In this document: positions 1 through 9,964 of the stretch, piece after piece | Layout of the letters: each line of letters opens with the position of its first letter | How positions within the stretch are numbered: the stretch's first letter is position 1 | NCBI RefSeq assembly: GCF_004353825.1 | Contig: NZ_SMNA01000003.1 | Location: 248,001 to 312,000, forward strand | Direction: 5' to 3' | DNA from: Occultella glacieicola | Lineage (GTDB): Bacteria > Actinomycetota > Actinomycetes > Actinomycetales > Beutenbergiaceae | DNA: 64,000 bases | Made by a program: the position numbers and the translations under genes | The notes under the pieces: generated by a model | Told to the model about the DNA's origin: nothing | Database searches by the model: none | What the model saw: only the letters and a program-made list of their open reading frames with translations

Positions 1-28
1 CTCCGAGTGGCCCGGAGCGGGGCGAGCC

Positions 29-877
29 ATGATCGGCGCCGAGGGCCAGAGCCCGACGGACCAACTGGCCGGTCTGGTGGACTCCGCGAGCCTGAACGGG
101 TGGGACCTACTGGTGGTCGTGATCGTGGTGGTCCTCACCTGGGTCGGGTCACGTGCGGGCCGTCGCGCTGTGACGCGGCTGCTCGCCAAGACGGACGCGG
201 TCCCCTACGAGGTGGCCTACACCTGTTCGCGCGCCGTGGGCTACTTCATCGTCCTGCTCGGCGTCGGGATCGCACTCTCGGTGCTCGGCGCGCAGATCCA
301 GCCGGTGCTCGCCGCCGTCATCCTCATTGCGGTCGTGGCCTACTTCGCCCTGCGGGGGGTGGCCGACAACTTCGGTGCCAGCCTGATCCTGCAGATGCGC
401 AAGCCACTGCGGGTCGGCGACTGGGTCGAGACCGACGACCGCTGGGGCGCCGTCACGGACATGAACGCCCGATCCGTGGTGTTGCGGACCTCGGACGGGA
501 AGGTGATCCACGTCCCGAATGCTCAATTGCTCTCCGATCCGCTGGTGATCCAGCCGGTCACCGGAGCGGTGCGATCCGAGATCGAGGTCCGGACCACGGA
601 TCTGTCACGGCTCACCGCGGTCGCCACAACCGCTGTGACCCTGGCCGCAACCGCGGAAGGGGTCCATGCCGAGCCGGCCCCGGACCTGGTGTGGGTGTCG
701 AGCACCCCGGACCGCACGACCGGGCGGATCCGCGTCTGGCACGAGGCGGGCGCGAACACCACGGTGGGTTCGAACGTGGTCCGTGCCGTCGCCGAGGGCT
801 TCGCCGAAGCCGGCCTCACGGCGAGTCTGACCGCACCGCCACCGGCGCCACCGCTCATTCCGTCGCCGACGCTCTGA
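29..877 (+). CDS. Small-conductance mechanosensitive channel (MscS family)
   Basis: Three N-terminal TM segments, then 'KPLRVGDWVE..WGAVTDMNARSVVLRTSDGKVIHVPNAQL', typical of the MscS beta domain. Confidence 0.85.
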   Translation: MIGAEGQSPTDQLAGLVDSASLNGWDLLVVVIVVVLTWVGSRAGRRAVTRLLAKTDAVPYEVAYTCSRAVGYFIVLLGVGIALSVLGAQIQPVLAAVILIAVVAYFALRGVADNFGASLILQMRKPLRVGDWVETDDRWGAVTDMNARSVVLRTSDGKVIHVPNAQLLSDPLVIQPVTGAVRSEIEVRTTDLSRLTAVATTAVTLAATAEGVHAEPAPDLVWVSSTPDRTTGRIRVWHEAGANTTVGSNVVRAVAEGFAEAGLTASLTAPPPAPPLIPSPTL

Positions 878-927
878 GGCCGTGATCGTTGCTGGGAGGG
901 GGTCACCCGACTCGATCCGGCCCGTGC

Positions 928-1803
928 TCAGGCCACCGGTGAGACATGGTGCCGGAACCGGAGTTCCTGGCCGGGCCGCAACTGTCCGGCAGCATCGCGT
1001 GCGGACTCCGTGAGCACCGCGATCACCGGGTAGCCACCGGTCACGGGATGGTCCGGACCGAAGATGAGCGGCTGCCCGTCCGGGGGAACCTGCACCGACC
1101 CGGCCACGACCGCCTCCGAGGGAAGTTCGGTGAGTCGGGAGCGGCCCAGCGGGGCGCCGCGCAATCGCACCCCGACCCGGTCACCGACATCGGTGACCCG
1201 GTACCGGCGGGCGAACAGCACCCGCCAGGCCTCCTCCGTGAACCAGTCGCGCCGCGGCCCGGGCATCGCATCGAGCATGAACGTAGGGCCCGACGGCGGA
1301 GCCGGGCCGGCATCGATCGTCGCCATGGCAATGCTCGCCCGCCCGACGGGCAGGACGTCGCCGGCGCGCACCGGCGCGGGTCCGAGCCCGGACAGGACGT
1401 CCGTCGATCGGGAGCCGAGGACGGCCGGGACGGCCAGTCCTCCGGCGACCGCGACGTACGTGCGCAGGCCCCACCGAGGCACCCCGAGGCGTACCACCGA
1501 CCCCGCCGCCACCGCCAGCACCCGTTGGGGTGGCGCCGTGCGACCGTCGACGGTGGTAGGCGCGCTCGCCCCGGTCAGGGCGAGGAGCACATCGGACTCG
1601 GCACGCAACGCCAGGCCGCCCATGGCGACCTCCAGCGCGGCCGCACCGTCCTCGTTGCCGAGGAGGCGGTTCGCGACGATCAGGGCGCCCCGGTCGGCAG
1701 CCCCGGAGCGGGACACGCCGAGCGCGGCGAAACCGGGACGGCCGAGGTCCTCGACCAGGGTGAGCCCACCGGCCTCCAGCACGGTCAGGGCGCGCTCGCT
1801 CAC
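928..1803 (-). CDS. pxpC: 5-oxoprolinase subunit C (KipA/allophanate hydrolase subunit 2 family)
   Basis: 'EDLGRPG..GVSRSGAAD..ANRLLGN', 'GSVQVPPDGQPLI..DHPVTGGYPVIA'; operon with pxpA/pxpB. Confidence 0.85.
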   Translation of the reverse strand: MSERALTVLEAGGLTLVEDLGRPGFAALGVSRSGAADRGALIVANRLLGNEDGAAALEVAMGGLALRAESDVLLALTGASAPTTVDGRTAPPQRVLAVAAGSVVRLGVPRWGLRTYVAVAGGLAVPAVLGSRSTDVLSGLGPAPVRAGDVLPVGRASIAMATIDAGPAPPSGPTFMLDAMPGPRRDWFTEEAWRVLFARRYRVTDVGDRVGVRLRGAPLGRSRLTELPSEAVVAGSVQVPPDGQPLIFGPDHPVTGGYPVIAVLTESARDAAGQLRPGQELRFRHHVSPVA

Positions 1804-2411
1804 CCGGCCACCTCGAACCGGACCCGCATCCCGGCGCGCAGCAGTGCCGGCGGCTCGGCGGTCACGTCGAACAGGGCCGCGTCGGTCCGCCCGAGCAGGC
1901 GCCAGCCGCCCGGGGAGGCGCGCGGGTACACGGCGGTGCGATCGGCCGCGATCGCGACGGATCCGGCCGGCACGCTCGGCCGCGGCGTGGGCAGCCGGGG
2001 TAGGTGCAGCGCCGGATCGAGACCGGAGAGGTAGCCGAACCCGGGCGCGAACCCGATGAAGTCCACGATGTACTCGGGTGCGGTGTGCCGGGCGACCACC
2101 TCGGCCTCGGTCAGTCCGGTGGCCTCGGCGACGTCAGCGAGGTCGGTGCCGTCGTAGTCCACGGCGATCCGGACCGGGTCACCCGCCGGCGCCGCCTCGA
2201 CCGCGGTGAGGTCCAGGGTCCGCACCCGGGCCGCCACGTCGGCCAGGTGGGCGGTGGTGTCCACGACGACGAGCACGGTGCGGGCCGCGGGCACCACGTC
2301 GAGGATCCGGGGATCGGACGCGGCACCGAGCGCGGTGGCGAGCGCGTGCGTCTGTGCGAGCGTGTCCACCTCGACGAGCACGGCCCGTTCGCCGCTGGGC
2401 CGGATCAGCAT
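1800..2411 (-). CDS. pxpB: 5-oxoprolinase subunit B (KipI family)
   Basis: 'GFAPGFGYL', 'PRLPTPRPSVPAGSVAIA..YPRASPGGWRLLGRT'; start moved to ATG 2411 after GGGAG RBS. Confidence 0.85.
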   Translation of the reverse strand: MLIRPSGERAVLVEVDTLAQTHALATALGAASDPRILDVVPAARTVLVVVDTTAHLADVAARVRTLDLTAVEAAPAGDPVRIAVDYDGTDLADVAEATGLTEAEVVARHTAPEYIVDFIGFAPGFGYLSGLDPALHLPRLPTPRPSVPAGSVAIAADRTAVYPRASPGGWRLLGRTDAALFDVTAEPPALLRAGMRVRFEVAG

Positions 2412-2421
2412 CCGATCTCCC

Positions 2422-3153
2422 TCAGGTGAACGGCACCGGTGCCAGGCCGGCGCCCTCGAGTTCGGCACGGACCCGCGTCGCGATCGCCACGGCGCCCGGG
2501 GTGTCGCCGTGCACGCACAACGTCCGCACGTCGAGGCGGATGGCGGTGCCGTCGACAGCGGTCATGGTGCCGGTGCGGATCAGGTCGGCGACGCGGGCCG
2601 CGATGGTCGCGGCGTCGTGCAGGACCGCGCCAGCCTCCGTGCGTGGCACGAGCGTTCCGAGTGGGGTGTACGCGCGGTCCGCGAAGCCCTCGGCGACGGC
2701 GCCCAGGCCGGCCTCGCGGGCCAGGTCGAGGTCGAGTCCGCCGGGTGCACCGACGAGCGCGAGTCCCGCCGCGCGCGCCAGCCGCACGACCGCCCGCGCG
2801 TGGGGTGGGTGGGATCCGGCCGCGTGGTACAGCGCCCCGTGCGGTTTGACGTAGCTCACCCGGGTGCCGGCCCTGGCGGCGACGTCGGCGAGGGCGCCGA
2901 GCTGGTCGGTGAGGTGGCCGAGCAGGTCCTCCTCGGCCAGGTCGAGGAACGTGCGGCCGAAGTTTTCGGGGTCCGGGTACGCGACGTGCGCCCCCACCCG
3001 CACCCCACGGGCCGCCGCCGCCTCGCAGACCCGGCGCATCGAGTCCGGGTCGCCGGCGTGACCGCCGCAGGCCACGTTGGCGCTCGTGACCACGGCGAGC
3101 ATGGCCTCGTCGTCACCCACACCCTCGCCGAGGTCCGCGTTCAGGTCCAGCAT
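2422..3153 (-). CDS. pxpA: 5-oxoprolinase subunit A (LamB/YcsF family)
   Basis: 'DLNADLGEG', 'SANVACGGHAGD', 'YVKPHGALY', 'EGFADRAY', 'TLCVHGD'; start at ATG 3153. Confidence 0.9.
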   Translation of the reverse strand: MLDLNADLGEGVGDDEAMLAVVTSANVACGGHAGDPDSMRRVCEAAAARGVRVGAHVAYPDPENFGRTFLDLAEEDLLGHLTDQLGALADVAARAGTRVSYVKPHGALYHAAGSHPPHARAVVRLARAAGLALVGAPGGLDLDLAREAGLGAVAEGFADRAYTPLGTLVPRTEAGAVLHDAATIAARVADLIRTGTMTAVDGTAIRLDVRTLCVHGDTPGAVAIATRVRAELEGAGLAPVPFT

Positions 3154-3241
3154 GCTCCGATGATCCCACGCGGCCCGGTCCCGGAACACGACGGTGCTGC
3201 CACGGGTGATCGTCGCCCGCGGCGGCACCGGGCCGTGGCAC

Positions 3242-3541
3242 TCAGCCGGCGAGGATGCGCGCCTTCTGGGCCTCGAACTCCGCGTCCGAGAGGATGCCCT
3301 GGTCCTTCAGGGTGCCGAGCTGCTGGAGCTGCTGGAGCTTGTCGTCCATGCTGGCGGCCGCGGCCGCGGGGGCCGGTGCGGGTGGCGGCGGTGCGGCGTA
3401 GACCGGCTGGGGCGGGGGTGCCTGCGCCGCCTGCTGTTCCTGCCATCTGCCGGCCTGGCGGTGGGCGACGCGGCCCGAGACGGCGGTGGCGGTGCCGGCG
3501 ATCGCGGCCGTGCGCGCCATGGATCGGAGCAGTCGTGGCAT
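3242..3541 (-). CDS. SHOCT domain-containing small protein
   Basis: 'ARTAAIAGTATAVSGRV' N-terminus, Pro/Ala linker, C-terminal 'LQQLGTLKDQGILSDAEFEAQKARIL' SHOCT motif. Confidence 0.85.
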   Translation of the reverse strand: MPRLLRSMARTAAIAGTATAVSGRVAHRQAGRWQEQQAAQAPPPQPVYAAPPPPAPAPAAAAASMDDKLQQLQQLGTLKDQGILSDAEFEAQKARILAG

Positions 3542-3588
3542 GGTGGGTGTCCCTTCGTTCGGTCCGGTGGTGGCCTGTTCGGCGCCGG

Positions 3589-4032
3589 TCAGGCGTCCGG
3601 TTCGGTCTCGTCGAGGGTCTCCAGGAGCTCCTCCAGCGGGATCCGGCCGGTGGAGACCAATTGCCCACCGGAGGCCCGCACGGCGGCCGCGAACGGAGCC
3701 GCCCAGACGTTCTCGTAGATGAGCACGGCGGCGGAGCTCCCGGCTTCGAGGACGCCACCGACGTCGTCGAGGTCGTCCTCTCCGAGCAGCCCGGATGAGG
3801 CTCCCTCGAAGACGCCGAGGTCGAGTTCGCCGTCGCCGTCGAGGTCGGACACGCTCAGGATGACGACCTCACCGTCGACGTCCTTGCGGACGAACATCAG
3901 GTCGATGATCTTGATCAGCCCGCCCTCCACGAGGTCGAGCAGCCGGGGTAGGACGTCTCCGTTGAACTGGTTGCCGGGGAACTCCAGGACGAGGTAGTCG
4001 ATGGGGCCGATCTCCTCGAGGGTCTCGGTCAT
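3589..4032 (-). CDS. Conserved actinobacterial protein (DUF6325-like)
   Basis: 'GPIDYLVLEFPG', 'IIDLMFVRKD', 'AAVLIYENVWAAPF..GGQLVSTGRIP'; ATG 4032 after GGAGG RBS. Confidence 0.75.
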   Translation of the reverse strand: MTETLEEIGPIDYLVLEFPGNQFNGDVLPRLLDLVEGGLIKIIDLMFVRKDVDGEVVILSVSDLDGDGELDLGVFEGASSGLLGEDDLDDVGGVLEAGSSAAVLIYENVWAAPFAAAVRASGGQLVSTGRIPLEELLETLDETEPDA

Positions 4033-4198
4033 TGTGCGTCCTCCGTGTCCGATCGGTGAGTGGGTCCGGCCGCGCCTGCCCCTGCCGCACCTGCACGGCA
4101 CCGGGGCCTGCGCCCGGACCCCAGGATGCGCGGCCGGACCGCCGGCACGCCTCACCCGAGCCGGATGAGTGCACCTCCCGCCGGGTAGCACCCCCGGC

Positions 4199-4966
4199 TC
4201 AGGCCTCGATGAGCGCGGCCAGCCCGTCCAGCACCCGGTCCAGCCCGAAGGAGAACGCGACGCCTGGGTCGTACGCCGCCCCCTGCGCCGACCCCGCGGC
4301 CTCGCCGATCCGAACCGCTCGCGGGTACCGGGCCGGATCGAGCACGCTCGCCAGCAGGGGGCCGTTCGCGGCCCACCACTGTGCGTCCGTGCTACCCGAG
4401 TCCCGCCGGGCAGCCTCGACACCGTGCTGGGCGAGCGCCTGCTGTTGCGTGAAGCCGAGCACGAACGTCAGGGCGGCATCGGTGTCCACGTCGGAGAGCC
4501 CGGTGCCGTCGAACGCGGCGAGCTCGTGCTCGTACTTGGCCATCTGGCCGGGCCCGAGCGGCGGCCGGGACAGCGCGACGACCTCCACCAGCCAGGGGTG
4601 CGCCCGCAGCAGGTCGCGGTTCGCCTCGGCCACGGCCCGGACCCGGCTCCGCCATCGCCGACGCCCCCAGGCCGGGCGGGGCATCACCAGGTAGAGATGA
4701 TCGACCATCAGGTCGGTCAGCTCGGTCATCCCGGGCACGTGGGTGTACAGGGACATCGGTGCCATGCCGACGGCGGCCGCCACCGCGCGCACGCTCAGCG
4801 CGGCCGGTCCCTCGGTGTCCGCGAGCGCGATGGCCGTCTCGATCACCTCCTCGAGCGTGTGCGCGGGAGCCGGACCCCGACGGCGGGGGGCCGGTGGTCC
4901 GTGACCGCGCCAGAGCAGGGCGAGCGTCCGGTCGGCGGGCCCCGTGCCGGATCGGTCGTCGGTCAT
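4199..4966 (-). CDS. TetR/AcrR family transcriptional regulator with TetR_C domain
   Basis: HTH 'AIALADTEG..LSVRAVAAAVGMAPMSLYTHV'; C-terminal 'FSFGLDRVLDGL'. Confidence 0.9.
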   Translation of the reverse strand: MTDDRSGTGPADRTLALLWRGHGPPAPRRRGPAPAHTLEEVIETAIALADTEGPAALSVRAVAAAVGMAPMSLYTHVPGMTELTDLMVDHLYLVMPRPAWGRRRWRSRVRAVAEANRDLLRAHPWLVEVVALSRPPLGPGQMAKYEHELAAFDGTGLSDVDTDAALTFVLGFTQQQALAQHGVEAARRDSGSTDAQWWAANGPLLASVLDPARYPRAVRIGEAAGSAQGAAYDPGVAFSFGLDRVLDGLAALIEA

Positions 4967-4999
4967 GGGAATGATTCTTGCACCCCGATCGTTGTGCAC

Positions 5000-5030
5000 C
5001 GTACGATGTAACAACACCGTACATCGTACG
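5000..5030. promoter_or_regulatory. Putative TetR operator (perfect 11-bp inverted repeat)
   Basis: CGTACGATGTA-N9-TACATCGTACG between the divergent tetR and VOC genes. Confidence 0.7.
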
Positions 5031-5056
5031 TTGTTCGTTCGACCGAAAGAGAGCCC

Positions 5057-5449
5057 ATGCAGATCACCGAATCGACCCTCTCGCTCAATGTCCCCGACGT
5101 GGGGGCGTCTGCGGACTGGGTCCGCGAGCACCTGGGCTTCACCCAGGCGATGGCCGCGGACGGATTCGTCTCGCTGACCCACCCTGACGCGGGCTTCTCC
5201 CTGGTCTACCTGCGGGTGGGCCTGGCGTCGTTCAAGCCGGCGTCGGCCGCCGGGCCCGCGGACGGCCTGCTCGTGGCCTTCACGGTGGACGCCATCGACG
5301 CCGAGTACGAGCGCCTGCGAGCCGAGGGCGTGGAGATCGTCACCGAGATCGAGACCGAGCCGTGGGGCGAGCGGTACTTCCAGATGCGCGACCCGAACGG
5401 CGTCATCTATCAGCTGGTCCAGTGGGTGGAGGCGCCCCCGCAGTCGTGA
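5057..5449 (+). CDS. VOC/glyoxalase-bleomycin resistance family protein
   Basis: 'VAFTVDAIDAEYERL..EPWGERYFQMRDPNG'. Confidence 0.9.
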   Translation: MQITESTLSLNVPDVGASADWVREHLGFTQAMAADGFVSLTHPDAGFSLVYLRVGLASFKPASAAGPADGLLVAFTVDAIDAEYERLRAEGVEIVTEIETEPWGERYFQMRDPNGVIYQLVQWVEAPPQS

Positions 5450-6320
5450 GGCGCGGCGGGACCGGCTCGGCCGGCGGCCCGAAGGCCGCTCGCCGGGCCG
5501 CCCGGCGCAATGTGGCGAGCACGGCGTAGCCGGCCACGGCGATCCCGGCCGCGGTCGTGATGAGCCGGCCGAGGTCCCAGGGCAGCGACGTGGTCAGGCT
5601 GTAGAGAACGAACCGCCGCACGTTCTCGGCGACCGGGTCCCCGGCCACGAAGGAGATCTCGGTGGCGGTCCCGAGCAGGAACGGCCAGAAGGAGAGGTTC
5701 AGCAGCACCCCGAAGCCCAGAGCCGCGAGTGCACCGTAGCCCGCCAGCATCGCGAGTTCACCCACGCCGCGAGCCCGGCGCGGCAGCAGCCCGGCACCGA
5801 GGCCGACCCAGCCGGCCCCGAGCATCTGGAACGGCAGCCACGGCCCCACGCCCCCGGTCAGCAGTGCGGAGGCGAGCAGGGTGGTGGTGCCGAGCAGGAA
5901 TCCGAAGCCCGGGCCGAACACCCGGGCGCCGAGCACGATCAGGACGAACACCGTCTCGATGCCGCCGGTGCCCGCCGCGAGCGGTCGCAGGATCGCGCCG
6001 ATCGCGGTGAGCAGGCCGAGCACGGCGATCGCCTTGACGTCGATCCCGCCGTCGCCGAACCCGACGCCCAGCACGGCGAGGGCGGCGGCCACCACGAGGC
6101 CGAGGACCAGCGGCGCCGAGGTGGCGTCGCTCAACACCGCCCCCTCGCCGACGAGCAGCGGCCAGCCGAACGCGAGCACCCCCAGCAGGGAGGCCACCGC
6201 CAGGGTCAGCCCCAGCCGGCGGCCGATCGGGACGGCGCGCGCGTCGACGCCGGGTGAGTCGATCCCACGCCTGCCGTTCCGGGGTCCGCCCGCCGACCCC
6301 TCCCGGCCACGTCCGGTCAC
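5403..6320 (-). CDS. ECF transporter S component (probable cobalamin/corrinoid specificity)
   Basis: Multi-TM protein with 'GARVFGPGFGFLLG', 'GGVGPWLPFQM'; last gene of the ECF operon under a B12 riboswitch. Confidence 0.8.
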   Translation of the reverse strand: MTGRGREGSAGGPRNGRRGIDSPGVDARAVPIGRRLGLTLAVASLLGVLAFGWPLLVGEGAVLSDATSAPLVLGLVVAAALAVLGVGFGDGGIDVKAIAVLGLLTAIGAILRPLAAGTGGIETVFVLIVLGARVFGPGFGFLLGTTTLLASALLTGGVGPWLPFQMLGAGWVGLGAGLLPRRARGVGELAMLAGYGALAALGFGVLLNLSFWPFLLGTATEISFVAGDPVAENVRRFVLYSLTTSLPWDLGRLITTAAGIAVAGYAVLATLRRAARRAAFGPPAEPVPPRLTTAGAPPPTGPADR

Positions 6321-8035
6321 GGCGCGGACTCCGGCTCGGCCCCGGCGTCCAGCGCCCGCCGGACGTCCGCAACGGTCAGCACCGGGGCCGGCGCCAGGAT
6401 CTTCGCCACCTGGGGTGCGAAGACCGGCGAGTCCAGGAGGAAGTCCCGGGCCGGCGCGTCGGTCACGACCTCACCGTCGGCCAGCAGCAGCACCCGGTCG
6501 GCGAGCTGGGCGACGAACTCCACGTCATGACTGGCCACGAGCACCGTCCGGCCCTGCCGGCGCAGGCCGGCGAGCGCCGCGACCAGCTCCGCCTTCGCCG
6601 GGTAGTCCAGGCCCCGGGTGGGCTCGTCGAGCAGGAGCACCGCGGGGGCGGCGGCGAGCTGGACGGCGACGGCGAGGGCGAGCCGCTGCCCCTCGGAGAG
6701 GTCCCGGGGGTGCCGGCCGGGATCGATGCCCGGGGTGATCGACCCCAGGATCCGCGCCGTGGACCCGGGCTCGGCGTCCGCCTGGGAGTCGGCAGCGGCG
6801 CACTCGGCGGACACCGTGGCCAGGTACAGCAGGTCGGTCGGCGACTGCGGCACCAGGGCCACCTGCCGGCGTGCGACGGCGGGCCGCTGGTCGGCAGGGT
6901 CGGCTCCGGCCGCGGTGCGTACGGTGCCCGCGGACCGCGGCCCGGCGCCGCTGAGCGCCCACAACAGGGAGGACTTCCCGGCGCCGTTGCGGCCCATCAG
7001 GGCCACCACCTCCCCCGCGGCCAGGGCGAGGTCGACGCCGCGGACAGCGTGGGCCCGGCCGTGCCGCACGTGCAGTCCGTCGGCCGTCAGCGTCGGTGTG
7101 CCCGGCTCGTCGGCAGCGGACCTGGCTGCCGACCGACCTGCCGACCGACCTGCCGACGCCGACCTGAAGGACCCGGGCTCCGCCGTCGTGCCCTCCGACC
7201 CGGGACCGCCCGCCGCCGCAGACGACCCTGCGAGCACCCGCTCGCGCAACGGACCGGCCGTCCGGCGGGCGTCCCGGACGGACAGCGGCAGCGGGTCCCA
7301 GCCGGCGAGCCGGCCCAGCTCGACCACCGGCGGTGCCACGGCCGATCCGGCGAGAACCGTGGCCGGATCGCCCGAGGTCGCGACGCCGTCGGCGGTCAGT
7401 GAGATCACCGCATCCGCGAACTGGACCACGCGTTCGAGCCGGTGCTCGGCCAGCAGCACGGTGATCCCGGCGTCGTGCACGAGCCGGGTCAGGGCGGCGA
7501 GCACGTCCTCGGCGGCGGCCGGGTCGAGCGCGGACGTGGGCTCATCGAGCACGAGGATCCGCGGCTGGGCGGTCAGCACCGCACCGATCGCGACCCGCTG
7601 CTGTTGTCCGCCGGACAGGTCGCCGAGCGGCCGGTCGCGCAGCGCCGCCAGACCGAGCAGGTCGAGCACCTCCTCGACCCGGCGGCGCATCAGCGTGGGC
7701 GCGAGAGCGAGCTGCTCCATGGCGAACGCCAGCTCCTCGGCCACCGTGTCGGTGACGAACGAGGCGAGCGGGTCCTGGCCGACCACTCCGACCACGTCCG
7801 CGAGGTCGCGCGGCAGGTGCTCGCGGGTGTCCCGGCCGTCCACGAGCACCGTCCCGGTGAGCCGGCCGCCGCTGAAGTGCGGCACCCTGGCGCCGGCAGC
7901 GCCGAGCAGGGAGGACTTCCCGGAGCCGGTGGGACCGACCACCAGGCACAGCTCACCCTCGCCGATCACGGCATCGACGCCCCGCAGCACGGGGCCGTTG
8001 CCGTAGTCGACGCTGACGTCCCGGAACTCGATCAT
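6317..8035 (-). CDS. ECF transporter duplicated ATPase (A-A')
   Basis: Two Walker A motifs (GPTGSGKS, GRNGAGKS), signatures LSGGQ and LSEGQ, two DEPT motifs; true start ATG 8035 overlapping the stop of the T gene. Confidence 0.9.
   Translation of the reverse strand: MIEFRDVSVDYGNGPVLRGVDAVIGEGELCLVVGPTGSGKSSLLGAAGARVPHFSGGRLTGTVLVDGRDTREHLPRDLADVVGVVGQDPLASFVTDTVAEELAFAMEQLALAPTLMRRRVEEVLDLLGLAALRDRPLGDLSGGQQQRVAIGAVLTAQPRILVLDEPTSALDPAAAEDVLAALTRLVHDAGITVLLAEHRLERVVQFADAVISLTADGVATSGDPATVLAGSAVAPPVVELGRLAGWDPLPLSVRDARRTAGPLRERVLAGSSAAAGGPGSEGTTAEPGSFRSASAGRSAGRSAARSAADEPGTPTLTADGLHVRHGRAHAVRGVDLALAAGEVVALMGRNGAGKSSLLWALSGAGPRSAGTVRTAAGADPADQRPAVARRQVALVPQSPTDLLYLATVSAECAAADSQADAEPGSTARILGSITPGIDPGRHPRDLSEGQRLALAVAVQLAAAPAVLLLDEPTRGLDYPAKAELVAALAGLRRQGRTVLVASHDVEFVAQLADRVLLLADGEVVTDAPARDFLLDSPVFAPQVAKILAPAPVLTVADVRRALDAGAEPESAP
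7126..7157. repeat. 12-bp in-frame tandem repeat (CTGCCGACCGAC x2.7) in ATPase linker
   Basis: Directly visible; encodes SAGR repeats. Confidence 0.8.
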
Positions 8036-9147
8036 CGCCGGCCACCCCCGATCGTGGCCGGCGCGATGGCGGCGAGCGCGGCCACGACCCCGGCCACGTT
8101 CAGGGTGGGCCAGGTCGGCGGCGTCAGCCCGGCCGACAGCGTGCCCGGATCGAGCCAGCCGCCGAGGACGACCGCCGTCGCGGCGACGATCCCACAGCCG
8201 GCCACGAGGTTCTCGCGCAGACCCCACGGGTCGGGTCGGTACCGGGTACGGTCCACCCGCCGGCCGGCCCGGACCGAGGCTGCGACGGCGACCACCGCGC
8301 CGACGCCCAGACCCACCGCCCCGAGCCAGGCCGGGGCGGCGCCGTCGAGGAGGGCGTAGGTGCCGAGCACCCCGGCGACGAGGGCGACCACCAGGGCGGC
8401 GGTGACGTGACGGCCGCCGCCCGGGGTGGTCCCGCGGGCGTAGCCGCGCGAGTCCATCGAGGCGGCCAGGTCGAGCGAGCGGTCGAGGGCGTCCTGCAGG
8501 ACCGGGATCAGCCGGCCGGCGAAGGCCCGGGGTCCGCGGGCGTCCAGACCGCGCAGGCGCTGCGCCCGGCGGACCCGGCCGACGGCGGTGAACAGTTGCG
8601 GGGTCACGGTCACCGCGATCACGACGGCCGTGCTCAGGTGGTGCAGGGAGGCGGGCACGCTGCGCAGGGCGCGCTTGGGGTTGGCGAGCGCGTTCGCGGC
8701 GCCGAAGGTGATGATGAGCGCGGCCAGGCGCAAGCCGGCGTAGATCGCACCGAGGAGCCCCGCGGTGTGCACGGGGCCGAGCAGGGTGAGGCTGTCGACC
8801 CAGTCGGGCAACGGCACGGTGGGCAGGTCGATCAGGACCGGACTGGAGTCCGGCAGGCCGACGACGACGTAGAACGCCACGCGCACCGCGACCACGACCA
8901 GCCCGAGGATCAGGTAGGCGCCGAACGCCCGGGCCCACGGGCTCTCGTCCCGGCAGACGGTCACGACCAGCACGACGGCAGCCAGGAGCAGCGCGATCAC
9001 GAGCGGGTTCTGCGTGCGGGTGATCGCCACGGCGATCCCGGCCGCCCACGCCCACCAGGCCAGCGGGTGCAGGCCCCGTCCGCGGGCCGGAGTCGCCTCC
9101 GCCCGGGCGACCGGGCCCTCGATGACGGCCACGGCGGGCCCGCTCAC
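8032..9147 (-). CDS. ECF transporter T component (CbiQ/EcfT family)
   Basis: 'LHPLAWW', 'RAQRLRG', 'LAASMDSRGY' conserved Arg motifs. Confidence 0.9.
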   Translation of the reverse strand: MSGPAVAVIEGPVARAEATPARGRGLHPLAWWAWAAGIAVAITRTQNPLVIALLLAAVVLVVTVCRDESPWARAFGAYLILGLVVVAVRVAFYVVVGLPDSSPVLIDLPTVPLPDWVDSLTLLGPVHTAGLLGAIYAGLRLAALIITFGAANALANPKRALRSVPASLHHLSTAVVIAVTVTPQLFTAVGRVRRAQRLRGLDARGPRAFAGRLIPVLQDALDRSLDLAASMDSRGYARGTTPGGGRHVTAALVVALVAGVLGTYALLDGAAPAWLGAVGLGVGAVVAVAASVRAGRRVDRTRYRPDPWGLRENLVAGCGIVAATAVVLGGWLDPGTLSAGLTPPTWPTLNVAGVVAALAAIAPATIGGGRR

Positions 9148-9848
9148 TCCTCCCGCGCGGCGCGGCGCCGACGCGCCACCAGGGTCGCGACCACGATGAC
9201 GGCGGCCACCGCGGCGAGACCGGCGATCAGCCCGACCGGGACGCCGGAGTCCGCATCCTCGGCGGCGGCGTCGGGGTCGGTGGACTCGGACGCATCCCCG
9301 GTGGCCTGCTCCTCGGCGGACGTCTCGGTCGACTCCTGCGCCGGCCCGTCACCTCCGGCGGCTGCGGCGACGTCGGCTGCCGTGACGGTCGGGCCGGCGG
9401 TGCCGTCGAAGTAACGCCAGCCCTCGAAGGACCCGACGGCCGGGTCGGAGCCGTCCGCGCCCACCTGGTAGCTCACCCACTCCGCCCCGGGCTCCGCGCT
9501 CCAGTAGGACCAGAAGTTCCCGTCGAACTCGTCCGGCCCCGGACACGGGTCCGGCTGCGAATCGATCGTGCAGAGCAGACCCGAGCTCGAGTTCACGGGT
9601 GCGAAGCCGGCGAGTTCGAGCGCCTCTCGGCCCGAAGCCGGATCGCCCTCGGCGCAGCCGATCTCGACCTCGCCGCCGAGGCCGGTGAAGTCGACGACGA
9701 CCGTGACGCCCTCGTCCTCGGTCGGGCAGCCGCCCTCGGGGGCGGGGGCGCCGGCCGCGGACGCGGCGGTGGGCACGAGGGCGAGCAGGCCGAGACCGAG
9801 CGTGGCCGCGGCCAGCGTCCGGGTCGCGGAGGCGAACAGGTGCTTCAT
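9144..9848 (-). CDS. Secreted, C-terminally membrane-anchored protein; putative cobalamin-binding surface component
   Basis: Signal peptide, four Cys, 'GVTVVVDF', 'FWSYW...W.SYQVGA...EGW', acidic linker, TM helix plus RRRR tail; first gene after the riboswitch. Confidence 0.7.
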   Translation of the reverse strand: MKHLFASATRTLAAATLGLGLLALVPTAASAAGAPAPEGGCPTEDEGVTVVVDFTGLGGEVEIGCAEGDPASGREALELAGFAPVNSSSGLLCTIDSQPDPCPGPDEFDGNFWSYWSAEPGAEWVSYQVGADGSDPAVGSFEGWRYFDGTAGPTVTAADVAAAAGGDGPAQESTETSAEEQATGDASESTDPDAAAEDADSGVPVGLIAGLAAVAAVIVVATLVARRRRAAREE

Positions 9849-9964
9849 GGTGCTGGAGCCTTCCGGGAGGGGGCCTGCGGTGCGGGCCCGCTCCCCCGGA
9901 TCCGGGCACGACGGCACCGGACGAGGACTCGGGCTCCTCCCGCAGTCCACGACGGGTCGAGCCG

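Noticed and set aside
5403..5449. 47-bp convergent overlap of the VOC and ECF-S genes as antisense regulation
   Set aside because: Short 3' overlaps are common in high-GC genomes where stop codons are rare
8036..9055. N-terminal extension of the 912-aa ATPase ORF
   Set aside because: Overlaps the T-component gene in another frame; the real start is ATG 8035
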